Origin: an uncultured Anaerolineales bacterium
Lineage (GTDB): Bacteria; Chloroflexota; Anaerolineae; B4-G1; SLSP01
Direction: 5' to 3'
DNA: 35,249 nt
Assembly: GCA_964468735.1 (NCBI GenBank)
Contig: CAYXVS010000003.1
Span: 1 to 35,249, forward strand
Shown piece after piece: positions 24,601-31,877 of this stretch. The number at the start of each line of letters is the position of its first letter. Within the stretch, counting starts at the first letter, position 1. The translations under genes were made by a program, and so were the position numbers. The notes under the pieces are model-generated. The model made no database searches and was not told where the DNA came from. It worked only from the letters and a program-made list of their open reading frames with translations.

Positions 24601-26156
24601 ACCGGCTCACCAATCATCTGGGTCTCCGGCTCAGCCTCTTTTGAGAGGAGAATCTCGGGCGCGATTTCCAAGATCGCCATTTCGTTATCATCGTGACCGG
24701 GATACACCTTGGGCAGCTCATCGGACAGAGCATCCAGCCCATTGGGATATTTAAGCCCTCGACACGTAGATGGCGTCACCGTCGGTGGGGTCGTCGCCGT
24801 CACTTGGAAGGTCATACTAATCAAACCATTCGCCGGCACCGACAGGTCCTCCCAAACAACGTAATTCCCCCCATTGAGATTCGGGTCTGGGCCAGCAAGC
24901 ATCCCAGAAAAGACAAAGGTCTTATAAAGGGTATCGGTAATCGTCAAGCTACTGTTTAGCTCTCGAGGAACGTAGGAGGGATTATGACGCGGATTGTAAA
25001 ACGTCAATGTGTATGTCACCGGCTGGCCGGGGTAAGCTGTGGTTTCCCCCTCTGGATCTGACGCGGTTGTGACGACCTTATCAAAAGGACTGAGAATTTT
25101 CAAGTCCGCATCCGATGTCGGATGTGCCATCACACGGTCATCCCACACGGTCACAAATTCCTCTCGATTCTCCAGGTCTATCCCACCTTCGTAAGCTGTA
25201 TCTTGTGGTAACCGCGCGGTGAAGGTCATATAAGCACCGGCCCCTGGCTGGAGCACATAGGTAGAGGGGAGTGTCCAGGTGATGTATCCACTGTCCACAT
25301 AGTTCACGGAGGAGACGTCGGAGGTCACGGTCAGTACTGATGTGCTCAATTCGTCGGGTAATTTTTCTACGACGTAAAGGTTCGAGGCCGGCCATGCATC
25401 TGGTCGCTCTTCCGTACTTAGATTTTTGACGTGAATTGTGTACGTCACCAAACGTCCAACGCGACACTCATCCCTCGGCGCTGGCACATCCTCGCCTTCA
25501 CCCCAATGCTCGATCTCCAGCAATGGGCCAACGACCATCGAACTGGCCAGGGGCGCCTGCGCGTCGCTGTAGCCCGCCAACTCCCCCACGACCGAATTCT
25601 CCACACTGGAGGGGCCTATTTCCTTTCCCCAAGGCTCATGCCCTTTCAGAGCAGGTTGCACCGTGATCGGCACCCGCGCGAGCAATTCGATTTCCACCAC
25701 CTCGCCTGGATCCATATCACTCAACCACCATGTCGCCTCGCCCCGGTGATTTTCGGTGTTAATGGTGTGCGTGAAATCCTCTACCGCACTGGGGGGATTG
25801 ACGATATAGCTATCATATTTCAACAAGATGCCATGCTCCCACCAGTTATCGGCATTGGGCATCTTCGTCGTCCACGAGTCATCCAATGTCACGCCACTTA
25901 GCGTGTCCTCCGTTGAAGTATTCGTCACCACGATGGTGAAGGTGACAATCTCGCCGGCAAAGGCCACATCCGGCGAGGTCTGCCCCACCTCCAGCGGGGT
26001 GGCCGCCGGCGCCGCGACCTCCCGGGGCAAGATAGCACCTTGCACCGGCCCCGTCAGCGCCGTCATCAGACCCCACAATCCAATCATCGCGCCCAGAACA
26101 GCCAATCCGATGCCATACGTCCTGCGCCTCATCTTCTTGCTCTCCCTAGTCTCCAT
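18648..26156 (-). CDS. Giant secreted/cell-surface protein (2502 aa) built of DUF11 (TIGR01451-type conserved repeat) and CARDB-like beta-sandwich repeats
   Basis: The signal-peptide-like N-terminus is KKMRRRTYGIGLAVLGAMIGLWGLMTALTGPVQGA. There are more than 15 occurrences of the DUF11 signature G-x-x-(V/L)-T-Y-T-(I/L)-x-(V/L)-x-N, for example GEIVTFTIVVTNTS, GRLVTYTIHVKNLS, GEPVTYTIRVENIG and GERLTYTLTFQNQT. The start is set at ATG 26156 (METRESKK...), which has GAAGGAGA 7 nt upstream. The 25-codon track extension is encoded by repeat family A. Confidence 0.85.
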   Translation of the reverse strand: METRESKKMRRRTYGIGLAVLGAMIGLWGLMTALTGPVQGAILPREVAAPAATPLEVGQTSPDVAFAGEIVTFTIVVTNTSTEDTLSGVTLDDSWTTKMPNADNWWEHGILLKYDSYIVNPPSAVEDFTHTINTENHRGEATWWLSDMDPGEVVEIELLARVPITVQPALKGHEPWGKEIGPSSVENSVVGELAGYSDAQAPLASSMVVGPLLEIEHWGEGEDVPAPRDECRVGRLVTYTIHVKNLSTEERPDAWPASNLYVVEKLPDELSTSVLTVTSDVSSVNYVDSGYITWTLPSTYVLQPGAGAYMTFTARLPQDTAYEGGIDLENREEFVTVWDDRVMAHPTSDADLKILSPFDKVVTTASDPEGETTAYPGQPVTYTLTFYNPRHNPSYVPRELNSSLTITDTLYKTFVFSGMLAGPDPNLNGGNYVVWEDLSVPANGLISMTFQVTATTPPTVTPSTCRGLKYPNGLDALSDELPKVYPGHDDNEMAILEIAPEILLSKEAEPETQMIGEPVTYTIRVENIGPRDIAGPLVLTDTLPLDKLTGRFFSFIKMVTPTTGLDPLPGADRIVVWNLPGVASGEYYTFAFQAEVNGIPGKKYQNEMSAYSGETIMCDFKGARVTADTPFRINKYAETTSVVLGDLITYTARIRNVSSKDVYTVTGYEDALNQDVLPFKNFYIKWTDRADGDDLYEHGPIATPLDPGDTFSHTFTVSATGSGLHTDWCNAMGPEGEGAFQGPGTVQFFVEDQGTRTNMPELAWVYVYPHVSLLQEFYPNPVAINEQVVLTLTMRDNRTEPIQPVSGITLAWTIPYGQKSDKRFTLLSTSVPTATPPGDAEPGVVYWDDLTIPLRGERIITARLQAIDEEDNFRSEVQALSVDDPSICIPAAVYEVDREGGGTQRVRYHYQGEVVKGIEIQKEPDVEEVAPYNEVLYVLQVENQTGAVVHNVVITDVLPEKWSYVDVVGDTPEPDTFLPSWTLDEIGPEESVDLSFKARSGPQLGLQHNWVDAEAPINWGLSEKYTDNVEVFVVSGIGFYKDVTPREVYTDSLVTYTLNLYNGADYRLSNIVITDVLPSGFEYQGIVSGQPPEVVPDSDPQMLVWRVSGNLNGGDTLQFVFTAKTGADLYTAKYYNNAMIEALNDSTGTPVDISDTGPTAPVYVFGKPNVNVSKSADPNTVIAGERLTYTLTFQNQTFDAYDLIVTDTLPVSFTLATPYPSGVHTEWQDGHQLVIWDALPIDPRAELQVPLPVQVDRLAYEGSYPNTVQVQMGDVRLPERDGLARVWVTELPRLDAEVSHSDDSFWVNEGETLDYTIYYTNSSPAPSDETYTSTFQAVILTTTLEPAGSVNLISDDWEEVGSGQYVHTIESPMTAGETGVMSFTVSVANNVPDEELGIRSQVEIGYVVDANTADATPKNNVSVDFDLLLGRDPISVTKQADPTNVKAGRLVTYTIGLGLSDNIQDPYTVQVVDRLPPDFVFANAIDPTNVSTRTYGSPPFEQEEVVWSAIRLEPGVTRTLQFQARVLKIAPTGPAFNRVYVEDMAGRALPDHANLAEVQVEGLQKLDVQIGKTDGITTVVPGQWLTYTISYTNAEPEQLEYKPGYKVESIIITDTFEPRNYVLGPDELDPPDLTWERLEQGKYRKVITGVLEPGEGGSVAFPVRVHPTIPAVDAIVNRVEVGFTTDEEAIDVDLSNNNNFDDPDTDVLSGVVGIQIGKEVEPMAVRPGDFVTYTVTLINNDAQGYYLWITDTLPISVTFVEDLYGLSPITMTEAGHEKVVWSSYRMFADYSAQLRFRARVDPWAESGTLCNAVQVLRDPRDGSEPIVQPPVEGLACLEVLPPPNVDVQVTKSDDMTWVGAGQILTYTIQYRAESDEPVFSSLTLVETVPPEVAEVLSSDWTQIGGRQYRYVIEDPAAMASGELTFVVRLADDLPEETIVLNRVEIDYTTTERVRETNVENNSAVDETIILGEGDKVLVTKDASPQWPQAGDDLIYTVTLYNTSNDQSHDVRVIDTLPAGITSEGQQQVTSNEFTMAPEESREWVFNATIDRYAQTGYYTNTVQIEQDGELQSPVTPLGGRVYVSALPMMDVQVSKNDGVDWVAGGDTLNYTIRYTNAVESDAPIDTIILTDTFMQPDVIQSSNWSGSGGVYKLELKPASGLQPGQSGELFFQVTLADSIPDDIEVLENHIEIGYRLDDGADSLEIERDNNADSDVDGVRRGGLSMSKNVKPTKVEAGGAVTYTLRLFNDSAAPINGVRITDTLPSDFTFASASIAPAEVTQSGDRQLIIWDGIDLPVAGEYAVTFRVTTDPFLAAGEYCNTIQLPSDAQGQEMACVDVIKSPAPRIDVQVSKDDGVADVEPGQRLVYTIAYTNHTSSELPVSNVVLTETIAPSEYVNFDGGSAQTLIGMSGRWLRVADGQYVFRLSDNDGTLDVGASGWVTFAIQLAESIPSTHREIINRVDIGYTTELIVKDWNEENNRAVDRDALPGGTEVYLPVILKQY

Positions 26157-26201
26157 TGCTCGTCTCCTTCTGTTTATGACTGTATGTGAGATAAATTTCC
26201 A

Positions 26202-26325
26202 GTAACCATTTAGTCTTGAGGTGCAACGCACTTTTGGGTTTATGACCAGATATTACTGCATGAGGCGTTGCTTTTCCTTCGGTTTAAGTGCGTTGCACCT
26301 TTGTCTGCTCATAGAACTAAAACAG
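26202..26325 (-). repeat. Long-hairpin palindromic element, family A copy 3 (15-bp perfect stem, 52-nt loop)
   Basis: The stem 26219..26233 (aggtgcaacgcactt) pairs with 26286..26300 (aagtgcgttgcacct). The flanks match the reverse complement of copy 2. It lies between the two giant genes, sense to them, in the 5' leader of the 2502-aa gene. Confidence 0.8.
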
Positions 26326-26342
26326 ATACCATTTCCAAACCA

Positions 26343-29300
26343 TCAGCTTTGCCGCACTATGACCGGTAAATAGATCATCCTCTCCGTCTGGCCCTCGATC
26401 AAAATCGGCGTCGTCGTCACGTTATTATCCTCGATGGCCTCTCGAATTAATCCGAAAGGCTTGCCCCATGGGGGTTGACCATATTCAGAGGTATCCACCT
26501 GGGCGTAGATGGCGTATTCGCCCTCAACAGGCGCCGACGCAGATTCACACGAGACGACCACCGACTCTCCTGCCGCCACCGGAGGCGCCAAGACATTACA
26601 ATACTCCTCCTCGTGATCAAACACGCTGCTGGGCGGCGTGGGCATCGCCGTTGACGCAAATGACTTGAGATAGACGCGCACCTCAAACAGATCCGTGTCC
26701 GTCTGACCCGTCCACAATTGGTCGGCGTCCAAATCCCCCTGATTCGCCACGGTCACATAGACGCGGGGCGGATCATCCTCCAGTAGATGGGTAGGCGTCA
26801 CTGCCATTTGGGTGATCACCAAATCCGGCCCGTGGACAGGATCACTATCCGTCGCCCGGTTGTTCTGGGGATTCGATTCCACCACATCCTCATCCGTCCG
26901 GTAGCCGATCTCCACGGTATTGCTGAGGACAAAGACCTCGTCATCGGGAATCGCGGTCGTCAGCGCGGCGCTCACACTCAACTCACCGCTCTCCATGGGA
27001 TCCAACGTGCCGACAGCGTAGGTGTAGCGACCGCCGCCTATCGGCGTCCACCCGGCGGCGTCCACCTCCACGGCGGAGGCCGGCGCTATCGTGTCGGTGA
27101 GCACCACATCCCGCAGCGTGATGCCATCGTCGGTGTCATTGGTGTAGCGCACGGTATAGATCACCTCCTGACCCGGCGTGATCCACGTTTCCCCGTCGTC
27201 CTTGGTCACCTGCGCATCGACGCGCGGCAATCCTGTCACGGAGACGGGCGCCAAGTTCGGATGATCGAAGTAAAAGCCGCCCACCAGCGTCTCCAGGCGA
27301 TTGTAATGCTTGCCGCTTGGCGTCATGCGCTCCGAGTGGACGCGGAAGGCCATCGTGATGGTCTCCTGCGGCTCGATATGGAGGCTTGGCCACACCAAGC
27401 GCGTCGGATGCCCAGAGAGCACATTGGGCGTCGCACCTGCCACGTGCGCATCGTAGGTGAAGTAATGGGGCAATGTGTCGGTGAGGGCGATGGTCTGCGC
27501 CGTATCCATCTCATTGAAGAGCGAGAGGGTATACGTGACCCTCTCCCCCGCTGTGATGCGCGACGGATGAGCGGTCTTTCTCACCATAACGGTGGGAATG
27601 CCCGCCACGTACACCGGCGCAGCATTCGCTATATCAGAGATGTCAACCAATTCTCCTGTATCTTGATCCTCGGCATAGACGGAGACGTGCGGGTTGTAAT
27701 AATCGCCGGACACCAACTCTTCACCCGTCCGCACACGGAACACAATCTGCAACCGATCATTTTTCTCCAATGGATCAGCAACCAGCCACTTGACCTGCTG
27801 CCCCTGCACCGCGATCTCCGGTGGGCCTTCAACAGTCTCCAAGAAGGTGAAGCCGCCGGGCAATGTCTCGGTTAACAAGATATTTGAAAGGATCTTATCG
27901 TTCGTGCCATTGAAGAGATTGATAGTATAAGTTACAACCTCGCCAGCCTTCACCTCCTCCGGTGAGACATCTTTAAAGAAGCCCACGCCGGGCGCTACGA
28001 AGACGCCGACGGTCTCGGTGTATTTCTTGTCCACCATCCAATGAATGGGGGCGGTGCATTCAACACCATTCCGCCACGTGCCAAGATCCGTATAGGCACG
28101 CGCCCGAAAGACGATCTCGACGATCGTCTCGGGCGGCAGTTCATCCCAAACCCACTGCAGAGGATCCTCACTGTAAGGCTCTGGCCCTGAGACCCAGTCC
28201 AGATATAGCCAATTGTCCGGCAGGATATCGATGACGACCACATCACGGACGGTTGCGCCGGTGGTGTTTTCAACCTCCATCAGGTATTCCACTTCGCCGT
28301 ACGGGCCAATTCTTTCGACATCCGGCTCCTTGTTGATCAACACGCCGGGCACTACATCCAGGGTCTTGCCATCGACTTTCTCCGCTGACGGCACGCAGAT
28401 AGCCGGATCATCGATCTCGGTGACGCGGGTCTTACTCTTGTAGCTCTGCTTGCGATCATCATCGGAGGCGAGCAGCGGCGCGCGCAACGTGAGCACCAAC
28501 TCCGTCGTCCCGCCGGCCGGCAACGTCAAATCGCTCCAATAATAAAGGTCGGAATCCTGAGACGAGGTCGGCAGCGAGGAAGCGACCAGCGTGAAGTCAC
28601 CTGGATTGGCGTTCGGCAATTCCCACTCCAACGTCATCCCCGTGATATCCGTCGTGGGCGCTGTGCGATTATCCTGTAGCGTAATCGTCAGCGTCACCAA
28701 CTCTCCCACCGCTACGGGATTGGGCGTCGCCGATTGGAGAATCGAGACGTGCGGGATGACGACAACGCTCGAATCTCGCAACTTATCCGCGTTTGTCCGC
28801 CACATCTCAGGCTCGCGCACATCGAAGAGAACGGTCGCCATGTCCTGCATCAAATCCTTCCCCTTGCCGCGATCCTCACACCAATCCGAGCCAAGCCCCG
28901 TGTCCTCCGGCAGACCGGTCGTGCGCACCTCAAACGTGTGATCCCAGGTCTCCCCCGGCGGCAACGACGCGGGCGGCGAGACGGTGTAGTTGTACTCATA
29001 ATCATCATCCGCCGGATCTGAGAAGAGAACGGAGGACAGATCATCGCGGAAGGCGGTCACGGTGTAAAGCGTCCGCGGCGAGATATTGAGGATATGAGCC
29101 TCGTATGATAGCAGTTCACCCTGGACAACCTCGCTTTGGAGTGCGGTCTTATTGATGCGAAACGGCGTATCGACCTCTACCCTCGTCTTATTGTCGTCAA
29201 TGATGGGGCAGATTCCCGTCTCCGCATTGTACGCCAACACATCATTGTAATATTTCACGTGAGCCACCCCGTCAACGACGGCCTGGAAGATCAATATATG

Positions 29301-31079
29301 CGACGCCCCCACATCCAGGCCGGGGAGGTTATCCCAGACGACGACGGCGCCATCGGAAAGCACCTGGGTCGGTAAGAAGGGGGCCGCCGTAGGCGCAACC
29401 ATCTCCTGGAAGGAGAAATAACGCCCGAACATCTCATCCATCGGCAAGACGTCCGTCAACACAATCGGGTCGGGGATGTATCGCTCTCCGACATTCTCCA
29501 AAGTGATGGTATAGGTCACCACCTCACCGGGAAGCTGCAAACTCGGCTCCACCCGTTTAGTAAGATCGATCTCCTTCTCGACGTCCAGCACCGCCATTTC
29601 ATTGTCATCGTGACCGATATAGGTGCCAAACCCAGGGATCACGGCCGTCGCCGTGACGCTGTTGGGGTAGGAATTAACGCAACCCGTCCACCCGGCGGAG
29701 GGCAAGGCCTGCGAAGGCACATCGACGCGATAGGACATCGTGATGGCTCCATTCGCTGCGACCTCCATATTGTCCCAGCGCAGATAAGAGCCTTCGATGA
29801 CATCCGGCGTCGAGCCAAGGAGCATCTCGGAGAACATGAACGTATTGTGAAGCCCATCTACCAATCGTAAGGCGTCGGCAAGAACGATATCGTGGTCGTG
29901 CAGCGGATTATAAAATGTGAGCGTATAGGTCACAGGACGGTTAGCATAGGTCGTCGCTGGCTGGTCAAGCGGGGGGCCGGTGGTGACGATCTTATCAAAG
30001 GGGCTGAGGATCCGCGTTCGTAACCTATCATTAGCGTTAGCCGGTCGCATCGGCATCCCGTCGGCCCAGGCCAACAACGACTCTTTGTCGTTCTCAAGAT
30101 ATTGCTTTCTTGGATTATAGTCTGTATCAGGTGGCACACGCGCGATGAACGTAACGGTGGTCGTCGCGCCCGGCGCCAAGTCGTTGGGCAACGTCCACGA
30201 GAGCACGCCCAGCGCGGGATCATACGCCGTGATCACCCCCGTCTGATCGGCCGTCACCTCGATCACCCTATCTTGAATTTGCTCCGGCAACGTCTCCTGC
30301 ACCACGAGATTACTGGCCCGGAAGACATCCGGGCGCTCCTCGCCATCCTCCTCCGTGACATTCTGAATCCGCACGGTGTAGGTCACCAGCCGCCCCACGC
30401 GGCAATGATCCTCCGGGGCGACCTCACCCTCCGCCATCTTGTCGATGCTCAACAATGGCCCAATCACCATCGCGCTGACGACCGGGGCCTCGACGTTCTC
30501 CTCGCCCGGAGCGGAGGCCACCACCGAGTTGGCGATGTTGCTGGGGCCGATGTCGTCCCACGGCTCGTGGGCTTTCAACGCCGGCTGCAACGTGATCGGC
30601 GCCGTGACGGAGAAGACAATCTCCACACTTTCTCCGGCGGCTAATGGATAAAGCGACCACGTCGCCTCGCCTCGGCGATCCAGCAACTCGATGGTCTGCG
30701 TGAACGCCTCGATGGCATTCGCGGGCGTCGCGACATAGCCGTTGAAATTCGCCAAAATACCGCGATCCCACCATTTATCTTTATTGGGATCAGCCTGTGG
30801 CGCGTTCGTCGTCCACGTATCGAACAACTCAATGCCGTTCACGGTTTCACCTGACGTGTTAGTCAACGCGATGGTGTAGGTCAGCACCTCACCTGCGAAC
30901 GCTGACGCCGTTCCCTTCTGTGACACCACGAATGAAGCTTGAGGCGCATTCGGCGCCGCCGCACTCTGCGTGGGCGAGATCAACGCCAATAACAACCCAC
31001 CTAACAACCCTGTGCCCCCGATGATCACCAGGGAGAGCACCACACGTCTAACCCAAATCGATTGACCTTCTGTAGTCAT
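26343..31079 (-). CDS. Giant secreted/cell-surface protein (1578 aa), DUF11-repeat protein with a C-terminal CARDB-like domain; paralog of 18648..26156
   Basis: The signal-peptide-like N-terminus is VRRVVLSLVIIGGTGLLGGLLLALISPTQSAAAP. DUF11 signatures include GEVLTYTIALTNTS, GRLVTYTVRIQNVT, NRPVTYTLTFYNPL, GEVVTYTITLENVG and GERVTYTLSLFNEM. The CARDB-like end is GPDLVITQMAVTP...RVYVTVANQGDLDA...IEDNN. AAAGGAG lies 8 nt upstream of the ATG. Confidence 0.85.
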   Translation of the reverse strand: MTTEGQSIWVRRVVLSLVIIGGTGLLGGLLLALISPTQSAAAPNAPQASFVVSQKGTASAFAGEVLTYTIALTNTSGETVNGIELFDTWTTNAPQADPNKDKWWDRGILANFNGYVATPANAIEAFTQTIELLDRRGEATWSLYPLAAGESVEIVFSVTAPITLQPALKAHEPWDDIGPSNIANSVVASAPGEENVEAPVVSAMVIGPLLSIDKMAEGEVAPEDHCRVGRLVTYTVRIQNVTEEDGEERPDVFRASNLVVQETLPEQIQDRVIEVTADQTGVITAYDPALGVLSWTLPNDLAPGATTTVTFIARVPPDTDYNPRKQYLENDKESLLAWADGMPMRPANANDRLRTRILSPFDKIVTTGPPLDQPATTYANRPVTYTLTFYNPLHDHDIVLADALRLVDGLHNTFMFSEMLLGSTPDVIEGSYLRWDNMEVAANGAITMSYRVDVPSQALPSAGWTGCVNSYPNSVTATAVIPGFGTYIGHDDNEMAVLDVEKEIDLTKRVEPSLQLPGEVVTYTITLENVGERYIPDPIVLTDVLPMDEMFGRYFSFQEMVAPTAAPFLPTQVLSDGAVVVWDNLPGLDVGASHILIFQAVVDGVAHVKYYNDVLAYNAETGICPIIDDNKTRVEVDTPFRINKTALQSEVVQGELLSYEAHILNISPRTLYTVTAFRDDLSSVLFSDPADDDYEYNYTVSPPASLPPGETWDHTFEVRTTGLPEDTGLGSDWCEDRGKGKDLMQDMATVLFDVREPEMWRTNADKLRDSSVVVIPHVSILQSATPNPVAVGELVTLTITLQDNRTAPTTDITGMTLEWELPNANPGDFTLVASSLPTSSQDSDLYYWSDLTLPAGGTTELVLTLRAPLLASDDDRKQSYKSKTRVTEIDDPAICVPSAEKVDGKTLDVVPGVLINKEPDVERIGPYGEVEYLMEVENTTGATVRDVVVIDILPDNWLYLDWVSGPEPYSEDPLQWVWDELPPETIVEIVFRARAYTDLGTWRNGVECTAPIHWMVDKKYTETVGVFVAPGVGFFKDVSPEEVKAGEVVTYTINLFNGTNDKILSNILLTETLPGGFTFLETVEGPPEIAVQGQQVKWLVADPLEKNDRLQIVFRVRTGEELVSGDYYNPHVSVYAEDQDTGELVDISDIANAAPVYVAGIPTVMVRKTAHPSRITAGERVTYTLSLFNEMDTAQTIALTDTLPHYFTYDAHVAGATPNVLSGHPTRLVWPSLHIEPQETITMAFRVHSERMTPSGKHYNRLETLVGGFYFDHPNLAPVSVTGLPRVDAQVTKDDGETWITPGQEVIYTVRYTNDTDDGITLRDVVLTDTIAPASAVEVDAAGWTPIGGGRYTYAVGTLDPMESGELSVSAALTTAIPDDEVFVLSNTVEIGYRTDEDVVESNPQNNRATDSDPVHGPDLVITQMAVTPTHLLEDDPPRVYVTVANQGDLDADQLWTGQTDTDLFEVRVYLKSFASTAMPTPPSSVFDHEEEYCNVLAPPVAAGESVVVSCESASAPVEGEYAIYAQVDTSEYGQPPWGKPFGLIREAIEDNNVTTTPILIEGQTERMIYLPVIVRQS

Positions 31080-31268
31080 GCTTTTACTCCTTTGGATTGC
31101 GAACCACTTTTAACTCAACAAAACAACAAAGAGGATAAAAATCTTGTCACAGATGTTTATAAGGGTGAGTGACGTAGGTTGCGAGTTGGCCGAAAGTCTT
31201 GTGTGCCCTATTGATATGATGTGGTAGGATTATGAATTTTTTTTCTGAGGGTGCCGACAATTAATTAG

Positions 31269-31296
31269 ATTATAGACCTACCCAAAACCCTGTCAA
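31269..31296 (-). promoter_or_regulatory. Consensus sigma70-type promoter for the giant-gene pair (TTGACA - 16 nt - TATAAT)
   Basis: On the minus strand, TTGACA is at 31296..31291, the spacer is 16 nt, and TATAAT is at 31274..31269. This implies a leader of about 180 nt before ATG 31079. Confidence 0.6.
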
Positions 31297-31342
31297 TTAA
31301 ATCTCACATCGGATAAACGAAAAAGTTACAAGGAAGTCTCGA

Positions 31343-31505
31343 GGCTCTCCAGGAATTCGCCGGGTGCAATCGCCAAGCGCTATTGCGCCCCCCCCCACCC
31401 ACAACTCATAACAACGCAGAAAAGGTCTGTGATCCCCACAAATGCGCACGTCTTCGCTGCTTTTAGGGCGGCTTAGGGAGTTGTCCGGCAAAATCCAACA
31501 GGCCC
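31343..31505 (+). repeat. Dispersed non-coding repeat, copy 2 (matches 675..698 and 900..985)
   Basis: See copy 1. The core is 76/86 nt identical. The 64-aa track ORF 31297..31491 lies on this repeat and is not credible as a gene. Confidence 0.7.
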
Positions 31506-31563
31506 AGTCTCAAATGCGATAACCCGCTGGTAATTAGGGACACTTTTCGCGTTTGAGCTTGGT

Positions 31564-31592
31564 TTGACAAATTATCCATCCTATGGCATAAT
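31564..31592 (+). promoter_or_regulatory. Sigma70-type promoter for the S1-domain gene (TTGACA - 17 nt - CATAAT)
   Basis: TTGACA is at 31564..31569, the spacer is 17 nt, and CATAAT is at 31587..31592. It is divergent from the giant-gene promoter and implies a leader of about 280 nt. Confidence 0.55.
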
Positions 31593-31736
31593 ATGTATCG
31601 AAGTGATATAGTTATATTCGAGCCCACCTGTGTGGCCGGCAAAGAGCTAGGCTAGTGTTCTGGAGGTAAATTTAGGAAAGGAAATTTCCGAAGTTCACCC
31701 CGGCGTATTCATCATAACACATACGTAATCATTCAG

Positions 31737-31798
31737 AGACCGACTTAGTGATGCCCAGCGCATGAAGCGGATGGTGGCAAACAAGTCGGTCTTTTGTT
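31737..31798 (+). promoter_or_regulatory. Terminator-like hairpin in the 5' leader of the S1-domain gene (possible attenuator)
   Basis: A 10-bp stem pairs agaccgactt (31737..31746) with aagtcggtct (31783..31792). The 36-nt interior has additional pairing (tgcc/ggca). The stem is followed by TTTGTT and lies about 80 nt upstream of ATG 31878. Confidence 0.35.
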
Positions 31799-31877
31799 AT
31801 GTCACACAGGACTCGAAGCTATGACGTCACTATCAAATAAACTTTTAAAGATCATGACACATTCAAAAGGAGGTAGA

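Noticed and set aside
26157-26231. 25-codon 5' extension of the 2502-aa ORF (MRCTSRLNGYWKFISHTVINRRRRA).
   Set aside because: It is encoded by the family A palindromic repeat and its flank. A good RBS (GAAGGAGA) precedes the internal ATG at 26156, which is followed by a typical signal peptide.
3811-26325. Whether the palindromic repeats constitute a CRISPR array.
   Set aside because: Copies are kilobases apart, in mixed orientation, about 125 nt long, and separated by genes. There is no regular repeat-spacer periodicity and no cas genes.
18648-31079. Diversity-generating retroelement or phase-variation target in the giant surface proteins.
   Set aside because: I could find no reverse transcriptase gene, no template/variable repeat pair, no invertible-promoter inverted repeats and no homopolymeric or short tandem tracts in the window.
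31297-31491. 64-aa ORF on the minus strand upstream of the giant-gene promoter.
   Set aside because: It lies on the dispersed repeat shared with 675..985. The equivalent frame in the other copy differs mostly by non-synonymous changes and ends at a different stop. It has no RBS.
12250-31850. Calling the low-GC block a mobile genomic island.
   Set aside because: The window contains no integrase, transposase, tRNA attachment site or conjugation/phage genes. The compositional shift may be driven by amino-acid composition. It is reported only as an observation.
31794-31877. 28-codon TTG-initiated extension of the S1-domain ORF.
   Set aside because: It begins inside the leader hairpin T-tract. 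AAGGAGG is optimally placed before ATG 31878.
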